Below are positions 9,784 to 19,661 of a DNA stretch of 29,716 nucleotides, in pieces; position 1 is the stretch's first letter, and every line of letters starts with the position of its first letter. The stretch is taken from NCBI GenBank assembly GCA_040437565.1, contig JBDOQK010000081.1, positions 62,001 through 91,716 of the forward strand, in the 5' to 3' direction. Source of the stretch: Albugo candida. Its lineage: Eukaryota. The translations under genes were made by a program, and so were the position numbers. The notes below the pieces were generated by a model. It did no database searches. It saw only the letters and a program-made list of their open reading frames with translations, and was not told the origin of the DNA.

Positions 9784-10960
9784 ATGGACTCAATCCACTT
9801 GCTTTATCTCTACGTATTCATTGCAATCGTAACTATCACCACCGCTTCACTGCCTTCAAATGAAGATTGCGAGGTGCAGGGCAAGTATAACCCCGATACA
9901 ACAAAGGAAAAATTGATCCGATGCCATACAGTCGTATTTCAAGATGTGTATCTTTCGTCGAATCAGCAACTCAATCTGTTGAATCTAAATGGGACAACTA
10001 TCAAGTTCAACGGGATTATCACTTTCGCTGTCAGGGTGAGACTTCAATCCAATTATGTGTATATATGATTCACATTTTTGCTTACATTGTTCCCTTTTGG
10101 CATTCTAGTATAATCGCATCTATTTGATGCATATTACCGGGACCAATGTACATATATCTGCTTCATCGTCCGCATGGTTCCACGCGAATGGTCAAGAATA
10201 TTATGATGGTAAAGGTTATTATGGGGGAAAATTAAAACCCATGTTTGCTATGATTGAAGTCAAAAATTCCACGCTTACAGGTCTGAAAGTACTCAACACT
10301 CCGGCTCACGCGTTTATGATCGGTGAATCGTATTATTCAGACTTCATAAACTTTGAAGTCGACGACTCATTTGGTGATGTCAATGTTATAGCTAAAAATA
10401 CGGATGGAATTCACATTTTACAATCGTCAAATATCAGGATTGTAGGCGCGAAAATTCATAATCAAGATGACTGCGTATGCATAACATCGGGTTGCGATGT
10501 GAAGATTACTAGTATCACATGCATTGGTGGTGGATTCTCGGTAGGGTCAATTGGTAAAAACAGGTTGAATACGGTTGAAAGAGTCATCTTCGGTCAATCA
10601 ACCCTCACACATGGTCTGTATGGTCTTCTTATCAAAGCATGGGCTGGAACAAAAGGCACTGTCGATCAAATCACGTTCGAAAACATAGTCTTGAAGGATG
10701 TGCGACAACAAGGCATTGCAATTACGCAAGGTTACACAAATGCAGGACTTTATTCAAAACCTATAAAAGGAGTTTCCATCACCAACGTGTTCATGAAGAA
10801 TATACGTGGAAATGTCTTGGAGAAAGGGCAAAATATCATGATCAATTGCGCTCCTGGAGGATGTGGAAATTTCTACTGGGATAATGTCAACATTGTTGGG
10901 GGTGAAAGAATTTTGATGAGAAACGCATCTGCTCCAACTGAGCTTCACAACGGACACTGA
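9784..10960 (+). CDS. Secreted glycoside hydrolase family 28 (endopolygalacturonase-like) protein; join(9784..10035,10109..10960), 367 aa
   Basis: Hydrophobic N-terminal signal peptide (MDSIHLLYLYVFIAIVTITTA). A phase-0 intron joins ...TFAVR to YNRIYLMHITG in frame. GH28 motifs: YYDGKG, LNTPAHAF, KNTDG, HNQDDC, GFSVGSIG, IK, QGY, C-terminal CxxxxC..FYWDNVNIVGG. Confidence 0.93.
10036..10108 (+). other. Spliceosomal intron (73 nt) in GH28 paralog 1
   Basis: Donor AGG|GTGAGA, acceptor TTCTAG|TAT, branch-like CTTAC at 10081. Removal restores the frame. Same position and phase as the intron in paralog 2. Confidence 0.9.
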
Positions 10961-13507
10961 TACGTGCATTGCTTTCTCTGCCTAGCTGTACAGAATCCTG
11001 TCATTTTAATGTTGCGTAATATATGTCGCGTTTGTGCTGGGATGTCGTTATAATGATGTACTTGCAGTTAGTGAGATGAGCTTCTTAATCACACGGTCTG
11101 GCTCCAAAGACCTACTCGAAATAATAGTGCTTCAAAGTGTGTCTTTCACATACATTTTGGTATTCAGCAGCATCAGCAAGCGAAAAATGTACACCAATTT
11201 GAGAGCTACATCCTCTTAATTGCGATATATCTCTTCCACTACCAGTTTATCGTAGCTTGATCAGTACAGTTGAGTGTTTCAGGGAAGTGAAGCAGGGATA
11301 CACGATGATACATTTTCTTTTCCATATGGGCGTGAGTATTTGATGTTAGATGATGATGGGGCGTACTGAATGTCTCGGATAGTGCGTACCTAAAACTTAA
11401 CTGCCTTAGAACTATGAAAAAGAAGACGACAAACACAGCAGGCTTGCGACCCTTTTTGTAGATTGACCTCGGAAAGACCGTTCAAATCTCCAACGGCGCA
11501 TCTGAGCGTTTTGCAGGATTAGGATACATAATCTTTTTTACTTTGCGAACGATAAATGATAAATGAAAATGTACTATATCAAGTGAAGAAGATACTCTAT
11601 ACCTTAGCAGCATTTGTAGAGCTGCAAGAGAACGTATCGCGAATAACTATTGCATATCAGAAGTTAGTACTCGATAGTGCTGCGCTGTCTTTAGTCTCAA
11701 GTCACTCTCTGTATCCGGATAATGTTGTGCTTGAGAAATAATCAACAGATAACTTCCTTAGAAAAGACACACCAATGTAAAGTATCCTCGTGGCCTAACG
11801 GCTATACGTATGCGCAGAAAAATCCTTGTGTCCTCGGTCGTCGAAAAAGTTCAATATGTTTGGGAGATGGTTTCTGATATATTGAGTCAGAGCTGGATAT
11901 TACGCCCTGAAGTACACAGCGCTACTCTGTCGGCGGATTATGCAACGCAAAATATAGATCAGAAGTCAGATCACTAAGGACCACTCAGTTGCTCCATCTG
12001 ACCGGTTGTGCAGGCGATTTTTACGCACTCGGTATTTGCAACGCTCTTGAACGCAGCTACGATTGATTTCCATGACGGTGCAATTCGATTGTGGCATGGA
12101 ATAACGATTTAGCACCCTAATTCTTGTAAATACTTAGTTCTCCCGATGCAGGAAATAGATATAGCCGGCTCAGATTTTTCACTCTATTGATTGGAGTCCA
12201 CTTAGGATTGTTTTATTCGATTTCCTGTAGGCAGTGTGCTAAAGCTCTCACGTTTCAGACGTGACGATTGTCACCACGATGCTGAAATTACTTACATTTG
12301 CGCTATTTTTGTCTGAAGACAGCTGAACATAATGAACACCATGGGAAGATGACCTCAGGGCGCTGGAATTGTAGGAGTGGGAGTGGACAAGACGAGTAAA
12401 AATAATACGGCTGCTTTACCCACCATTACATCCTTTTTCAACTTGATTACATACAAATTGCCATGCAATCCAAAGAATGTTCACTGTCTAACCACTAGAG
12501 TGTGCTTACCCTGTTCCTACTTCAGTGAGTAATTGCCAGCAATGGATATTGACGCAACATGCCCGATCAATGCAATGAGAGCACTAATGAGGCTCGATCT
12601 TGGTTGTTACAGCATCGTATTTTCCACAATTAGGTATCTTATACTATGTTTGTGTGTTTTGCATTAGCAAAATCAAATAGGACGGTTGCGACATGATGGC
12701 CTTGAATTTCTCTAGATATGCAATTGATGTATGATCGTCTGACTCGAAATCGAATCAATAATGAATTCTTGCAGCTCCATCTGCTCCAATATCGGTTCGC
12801 ACTTTCAAGTAGTACTTTAAAGAATGGATCGAGTTCTTCCGAGTTCACGTAGTGTTCGCCTCCAAGATTGTGTCCTCGTCACTTCGGACAAAGAAAAATT
12901 GCTGTATGCTGGTTTACATCATCCTTGGGTCAAGCTCAGCAAGAAAAAGAATTGATCTATGCTGAAGAAGCCATAATATCCTCAATGCTAGCTAGCTAAG
13001 GAGCACCCAGCATAGCTACCAAATAGCTAACAGGATACGCCCTCACGAAACTTTGCAGATTGAAAAGCTGTGCATTCACTGTCGGCTTCCTACTTCAGCC
13101 TTCCTCACTTGTAGGCACTTCTATATATCCTGAAATTTCTAGTGTCGAACATAAAAAGCTCGAAATCGACGGTTACAGCTAATAAGTGGGAGGAGCTAAA
13201 CACAAACACAAGATCCTTATCACGCTGTATTGGCATTTGGCATACCCTAGTATTGAGTAACATGAGCACCGGATGGTCTCCAAAGTCTCAGCTCAGCTTC
13301 CTGCAAAGGCCCATACATATAGAAGCTGGTTCCAACACCCACCCTCGGGCGCCATTTATTAAATGACAGATGTCTGACTTACATGATTGCCAAATTCTTT
13401 CGTCTTTTACCCTTATGTCTTTACGTGAACAGCTATTACACAATAAACGTCAGCGGCAATTTTTCAAGGGAATTGCTAAACTTGTTGAATCAAAGGGGTT
13501 GCATTGT

Positions 13508-13706
13508 TTTGCTTTGATTGGCTTGGCATTGGCGAGAGCAACTGGCTGGTCAACCATTCTAGTCTAATGTTCCCTTATCGCCTTGATGGCACAAAAGTTG
13601 GGCGACTGACGTCCAACTTTTGTGCCATCAAGGCGATAAGGGAACATTAGACTAGAATGGTTGACCAGCCAGTTGCTCTCGCCAATGCCAAGCCAATCAA
13701 AGCAAA
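13508..13706. repeat. Perfect inverted repeat (hairpin): 94-bp arms, 11-nt loop
   Basis: 13508-13601 is the exact reverse complement of 13613-13706, with loop GCGACTGACGT. The right arm ends at the N gap (13707). Confidence 0.92.
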
Positions 13707-15414
13707 NNNNNNNNNNNNNNNNNNNNNNNNNNNNNNNNNNNNNNNNNNNNNNNNNNNNNNNNNNNNNNNNNNNNNNNNNNNNNNNNNNNNNNNNNNNNNN
13801 NNNNNNAACTGATGAATGAAACTGTGCATATATTCTTTGATTGTATCTGTAAGAAATAGCAACGAGGGTCGGCTGTTAAACCAGGAGAAAAGTGAATATA
13901 GCTTTGAATCATTTGATTGGCAACATTGGAAGACTGAACGTCCTCTAATTGGCTATCGTATTTTTGGAGTTTTTTTAGGCCGGCCAAAATTTTGCTACCC
14001 GAGCCAAATCCCTTGGACTTTCTTGGTTTTAGAATTCCCATATCTTCGCCAAAAAAAACCCAGAAATATATCTGAGTCTGTAATCTTCAAGCCTTTTATC
14101 TCTAGTTTCGTATGACAGAGCCAGATTTCGATCAAGAAAAATCCTACTGGCTGTGATAAGGCCCGAACGAACCCTTAGATAGTAGATGGTTATTGATGCC
14201 CCGCACTATATCGGTTGACACTGAAATCTACCGCCAATCATCTACCTTCCCGCAAAATGTCTATCATAATCCTCCTGGACCTGACGTGGATCTTTATCGA
14301 GGACGGTGAAACAAGTAATCAGAGCTGCGGCACTCTCTGACGGCTTACCAGTGAAAGTTGCACGATCCAGAAAAGCCGGAAAGCGTCCTTAGAACGAAGT
14401 GCGAGTAAAAGTTTAAAGTGCGAGCATGCTGGTACTCATCACGACCCAGATCGCCCCAGAACGCAAGGAAACGAAGCCATAAATGTTTTAACTGTATTTT
14501 ACACGTCACTTCAAAGCGCAGGGAGCCAGGGGCTTGGCAGTTAGAGATAGATAATAGAACTCACAACCATGACCTTGTGCATCTTAGTGCACATTCTCTG
14601 TACGCAGGCTTGGAAATACTGCACGTCAGCAGGTGTCTTTACTTCACAATGCTGCTGTCCCTGCCAGAGCAATCTTTTCAATGATTCAGGTAAATGATCA
14701 ATCTTGTTGTGCTACAGTTAAAATATGGTAATAACATCACGCAAGCTTTACGCAGAGACGTTCTTGCTGGGCGCACACCTTTGGAAGCTCTACTTGATAA
14801 ATTGTTAGTATGTCTCCATCCAGAGTTACATCGTGTTCACAGAGATGGCACAAATCAATTGACTGCTCTTCTGGTTCTTCCTAATTCCAGCAAAGAAATT
14901 ACCGAGCATTTTTGTGCAAACAAAATCTGGATTTTAGACTGCACATACAACACTGAACGTTTTAACTTGCCTGTGTTGTATGGTGTAGGGATTGTATCAA
15001 GCAATGATTCTTTTACCCTATTTTATTGTTTCTTGACAGGAGACACAGAGCAGGATTACACTTGGACATTGAATTCTTTTCAGTCAATTTCTCATTTAAC
15101 CATACTTGAAAATTTGATGTTTGTCACGGATCGGGAACTTGCGCTCATGAACGCCCTTGGGACTGTACTCCCTGCAAGCCCAAATTTGATCTGAAAATGG
15201 CACATCTGGACTAGTTTGGTTGCTAATTTACAAAACAATCGAAACATTCTGGTGGGGGAAAGCGGGGACACGTTTTCATCAGATTGGAGGAAGCTAATGG
15301 ACTCACCAAACCTGAAAGGATTACGGAACAAATCTAGAAAAAATGCACGATTTTTTCATACTTGAAACAATCATGCACCAGCTCGAACGAACATGGTTAG
15401 CATACAAAGAGAAA

Positions 15415-15486
15415 GTTGGTGCTGATATTTTATTTTCATCATTATCAACCTGCTATCCTAACTTAATTTTAATTCATCTTTTGTAG
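15415..15486 (+). other. Spliceosomal intron (72 nt) inside the MULE transposase
   Basis: AAA|GTTGGT...CTAAC (15458)...TTTTGTAG|TTT. Removal fuses WLAYKEK to FISVWTSSVNHFG, reconstituting the typical MULE W..xKEKF...WT...HFG motif. Confidence 0.8.
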
Positions 15487-16207
15487 TTTATTTCTGTATG
15501 GACCAGCAGTGTAAACCACTTTGGTCAAACTTCTAGCTCGCGAGAAGAAGGGATGCATGCAACATGGAAAAAATACATCGGTAAAATTCAGGTGATTTTC
15601 TGTCTGTTTACAATTAGATCAGGCTTTCCTGTGAGCATCAATTCAAGAGAATTCAGAATAACAATACAATTCAATCCACTGCGTCGACACAGTAACATTC
15701 GGAAATCTAATTGGCATGGAGTTCGACGAGAGACATCAAAGCATGCATTGAGTATAGCCCGAAACAACAATAGCGAATTACCAGGGACCACTTGCACCGG
15801 TGTTCATCAGCAGGCCCTAGGCATACCATGTGAGCATGAATTTGGTCAGCTAATTCAACACAACACAACACTTGCAAAAAAGCCTTTGACTCACAATGGT
15901 GGCTCAAGCAGGAAACCCTAATCAACCTATGGTGGCCAATCTATAGCACTATTAAAAAAAGACAGGAAAAGTTTGACTTGCTAACTTTGGGGCTACCTCA
16001 TCGGCAATATCACATTTACAATTCAATATGTGAACAATTAAAAAACACAGCAATCCAAAATCCTTCGACAATCTGGGAAGAGTCAGGCCATCAAGTTCAC
16101 TGAATCATTCAACAGAAAGGGAAATTTCAGCTTTTGAATATGTCCAGGCAGAAGATCAAACTCGGGTTTCTAATCCACAAACCCGTCGCCTTCCCAGATA
16201 CAGCATT

Positions 16208-16405
16208 TATCGTAAATGCCGCACAGAATGGAAAGCTGCTTCAATGAAGGGAGGCAAAAATAGAGGTAATTATATTATACATGACTGTTAAACCACCGCG
16301 TTGGGACAGTCCATAGCGGAAGATATACGATACCACTATTTAGATTCTTGCGTCGTTTTACCAAACGTCCGACGGATCGCAATGTGGGGTCGTTACTTTA
16401 CAATA
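16208..16405 (-). repeat. 3' LTR of the nested copia element
   Basis: Homologous to 17284-17514 and preceded on the minus strand by the PPT. Ends form an 8/9 inverted repeat (TATTGTAAA / TATCGTAAA). Confidence 0.8.
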
Positions 16406-16415
16406 CTCCTTCCTC
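16406..16415 (-). other. Polypurine tract of the nested copia element
   Basis: Minus-strand GAGGAAGGAG abutting the 3' LTR. Confidence 0.7.
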
Positions 16416-16579
16416 ACGGCGCCGTGATTTTGTTACCTCAATTCATGTCTTGATCCTTGCCTGTTTCGCGTATCAACGANNNNNNNNNNNNNNNNNNNNN
16501 NNNNNNNNNNNNNNNNNNNNNNNNNNNNNNNNNNNNNNNNNNNNNNNNNNNNNNNNNNNNNNNNNNNNNNNNNNNNNNN

Positions 16580-17279
16580 AGTACCAATTTTGGGGGTTCT
16601 CCTTGTACCAGATGTCCACCTGGCTATGAATGTGTTGTCCAGCTTTAACGGATAGATGCCTACCGAGAATGTCAAGCTATATTCCTTAAGTCCGCATGCA
16701 CCCACTGAGGTCTTCACCAATCTTGACCTGCCGCAGAAACCGTTTCCCCCAGGGTCCGAACCCTGACCCGAGGCTTGGGTACACCTCATTGCCGTCGAAG
16801 TTTTTGATGGCAAGCTTCAGGTCCCTTATCTGCAGGGATCTTTGAGGTGCAAAGTACGACGGTGCTGGCACTGACCTGTATAATGGAACCGTCGGTGGCT
16901 GCATGGGTACTCTCTGTCTGCCACCTTCCTCACTCAATCGTTGATGCCCCTGTCCTGTAGCGTGATGTCGCGCTGGAATCCGTACCGACTCGTCTTCAAG
17001 CAAGGATATCGTCATATTCCGGCCAGGTCCCGCGCCTGTCTCCGCATAAGCGCGAAAAGTGCTGCTACCGGCGGACACGACCGAAGCTTGGTCATCCCCT
17101 AACCTCCGAGCTGCAAGACTGGTGAGGCGAGCTCCAATGTTACCTTTCAGTTTAGTGATCACATCCAGCAGCCTTGGCATGTTCTCATCCGCACTTGAAA
17201 CCGTACTGGCTCCATCGTTGTTGGTGTGAGACGCTTGGGCTTGATCTGGAGCAACTTGTTCCATAGGGGTAGGGCTCAT
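16580..17279 (-). pseudogene. Copia gag N-terminal region, frameshifted near 16686 and running into the gap
   Basis: LAIKNFDGNEVYPSLGSGFGPWGKRFLRQV...SG, then in a shifted frame LDILGRHLSVKA...QVDIWY. This resembles the gag region of oomycete copia polyproteins. The ATG lies inside the PBS. Confidence 0.75.
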
Positions 17280-17283
17280 AACC
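17272..17283 (-). other. Primer binding site, half-tRNA-iMet (Drosophila copia/Hemivirus) type
   Basis: GGTTATGAGCCC, one mismatch from the copia-type GGTTATGGGCCC, immediately 3' of the 5' LTR. Confidence 0.75.
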
Positions 17284-17514
17284 TATCGTAAATGCCGCAC
17301 AGAATGGAGAGTTTCTTCAATGAAGGGAGGAAAAAAATACAAGTAAGCATATTATCCATGACTGTTGGTTTCTCTTTCTACGGCCTTCCTTGATTACGAA
17401 ACCACCGCATCAAGACAGTCCCAACGGGAGGTATACGAAACCACTCTTTAGATCCTTTGATCTTTTCTCCAAAACGTCCGGCGGATGGCAATGAGGAGTC
17501 GTTATTTTCGAACA
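17284..17514 (-). repeat. 5' LTR of the nested copia element
   Basis: Starts TGTTCG on the minus strand and ends ...ACGATA. Homologous to 16208-16405 with an extra ~33-nt segment. Confidence 0.8.
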
Positions 17515-17817
17515 GTATTTGTCAAGCAACAGGACATAATGCCAGGAGCTGCGTCCTGCATCAAGTTCAACTTTTATCAAATCAATCATGATTATAAATG
17601 AATGACTAAATTGACGAAATATGATGGGTTAAAAAATGCATGGGGTGAGCTCAGTAGAAAGCGAGGGTGAGCTTAGCAATCCCCTTTTTCAATACTAGCG
17701 ACAATTTTGACATGATGCGAGGTCCTCACACTCAGTGACTATTATTGGAAAAAATAATGCGTTCGACGAAGTCTACTCATCCCGATCCTTTGAACCCTTT
17801 CACCAAAACTGGCGTAG

Positions 17818-19661
17818 TGGTCTCGGCATCAACTTTTTTTAGGACACACAAGCATCCTTATCAGATCATTCGGATGGTGACACAAAACACGACACGGCGC
17901 GAGTACCGTATGACATCACACAAAAGACCAAGCTATCTTCAAGATCGAATCCATGGATCATATACCTATTACATTCGATGCTGTTTCTATTAATCGACCT
18001 AACGTGAACTGAGGTATTATATCATGCAACGATGAAGTTTACGGAGACAGCCGAGAGACTGCACTGACACCTTATTGATCAGATGCATAATTATTCATCT
18101 TGTCCGAGGGATATTTGGTCACTTGAGTATTAGTGTCTCCAGGGTGCAATCGTCCCGATGCTAATTGCATGAGAAGGACAGCGTTGATGCAACCTATATC
18201 ATAATCATTATTGATGAATACACCTGACTTACGATAAAACTCTAAGCACGAATTGATGCATTTTTGACGAACTATTTGATTGTGTAGCATTCCAGCAATA
18301 ATCACGGTTTAGGAAAGGGGGCCATCGAAACAGGATATTTCTTATAGTGGGATAAATTAGAGCCTTTGTTCCTAAGCGATCAAGTCAAAAATAATTGAAT
18401 GTCTGAAGAGTCAAATAGTCCTCGATTCTTTGACGAGACAAATCAAATTTATAACGAGAACTACGATGCATTTTACATCCACATTCATAAACAGAGATGC
18501 TGATTCGCTGATTCGAGGAAACGATTTTGGTGGATTTTTTAAGCATCATAGTCGTTTTTTACGATGCGAGCTTTACTCAAGATTTTGGTATCTCTATAAC
18601 GCCACTTTTTAACGACTTGTCCAAATGTACAGGCCTTGGTTTAACGATTTGAGGCCTTGCGAACAAGTGGATGTATGATATGTCGTGGTNNNNNNNNNNN
18701 NNNNNNNNNNNNNNNNNNNNNNNNNNNNNNNNNNNNNNNNNNNNNNNNNNNNNNNNNNNNNNNNNNNNNNNNNNNNNNNNNNNNNNNNNTGGTCTCGGCA
18801 TCAACTTTTTTTAGGACACACAAGCATCCTTATCAGATCATTCGGATGGTGACACAAAACACGACACGGCGCGAGTACCGTATGACATCACACAAAAGAC
18901 CAAGCTATCTTCAAGATCGAATCCATGGATCATATACCTATTACATTCGATGCTGTTTCTATTAATCGACCTAACGTGAACTGAGGTATTATATCATGCA
19001 ACGATGAAGTTTACGGAGACAGCCGAGAGACTGCACTGACACCTTATTGATCAGATGCATAATTATTCATCTTGTCCGAGGGATATTTGGTCACTTGAGT
19101 ATTAGTGTCTCCAGGGTGCAATCGTCCCGATGCTAATTGCATGAGAAGGACAGCGTTGATGCAACCTATATCATAATCATTATTGATGAATACACCTGAC
19201 TTACGATAAAACTCTAAGCACGAATTGATGCATTTTTGACGAACTATTTGATTGTGTAGCATTCCAGCAATAATCACGGTTTAGGAAAGGGGGCCATCGA
19301 AACAGGATATTTCTTATAGTGGGATAAATTAGAGCCTTTGTTCCTAAGCGATCAAGTCAAAAATAATTGAATGTCTGAAGAGTCAAATAGTCCTCGATTC
19401 TTTGACGAGACAAATCAAATTTATAACGAGAACTACGATGCATTTTACATCCACATTCATAAACAGAGATGCTGATTCGCTGATTCGAGGAAACGATTTT
19501 GGTGGATTTTTTAAGCATCATAGTCGTTTTTTACGATGCGAGCTTTACTCAAGATTTTGGTATCTCTATAACGCCACTTTTTAACGACTTGTCCAAATGT
19601 ACAGGCCTTGGTTTAACGATTTGAGGCCTTGCGAACAAGTGGATGTATGATATGTCGTGGT
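17818..19661. repeat. Exact 872-bp direct duplication across an N gap (17818-18689 = 18790-19661), probable unmerged contig overlap
   Basis: Constant 972-nt offset and identical ORF translations in both copies. Copy 1 ends and copy 2 begins exactly at the 100-N gap. Confidence 0.9.

Larger units (their letters stand above)
16208..17514 (-). mobile_element. Ty1/copia-type LTR retrotransposon (both LTRs, PBS, PPT and gag start visible; interior hidden by the N gap or deleted), nested in the MULE
   Basis: Diverged direct repeats at 16208-16405 and 17284-17514. PBS GGTTATGAGCCC directly after the 5' LTR; PPT GAGGAAGGAG directly before the 3' LTR. Flanking 5-mers GCATT (16203-16207) and GTATT (17515-17519). 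Confidence 0.85.
14257..17591 (+). pseudogene. MULE transposase pseudogene (FAR1-like Zn domain, MULE DDE core, SWIM-like finger, CCHC knuckle), interrupted by an LTR element at 16208-17514
   Basis: Motifs in order: CILHV...WQLEIDNRTHNH; ILDCTYNTERFNLP; FVTDRELALMNAL...LI*KWHI (CxxH with C->stop); WLAYKEK/FISVWTSSVNHFGQTSSSREEGMH; TCTG...GIPCEH; YSI|CQATGHNARSC...stop at 17589-17591. Several frameshifts and stops. The start codon at 14257 is tentative. Confidence 0.88.
13468..17684 (+). mobile_element. Mutator-like (MULE) DNA transposon, inactive, with both ends identifiable
   Basis: Left end GGGAATTGCTAAACT (13468-13482) vs reverse complement of right end GGGGATTGCTAAGCT (17670-17684), 13/15 match. 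Perfect 8-bp flanking direct repeat TTTTTCAA at 13460-13467 and 17685-17692. Encloses a MULE transposase relic. Confidence 0.8.

Noticed and set aside
9784-10127. ORFs 9784-10068 and 10124-10960 as separate genes, or 29052 as the start of paralog 2
   Set aside because: A canonical intron joins them in frame, and paralog alignment places the starts at 9784 and 29112.
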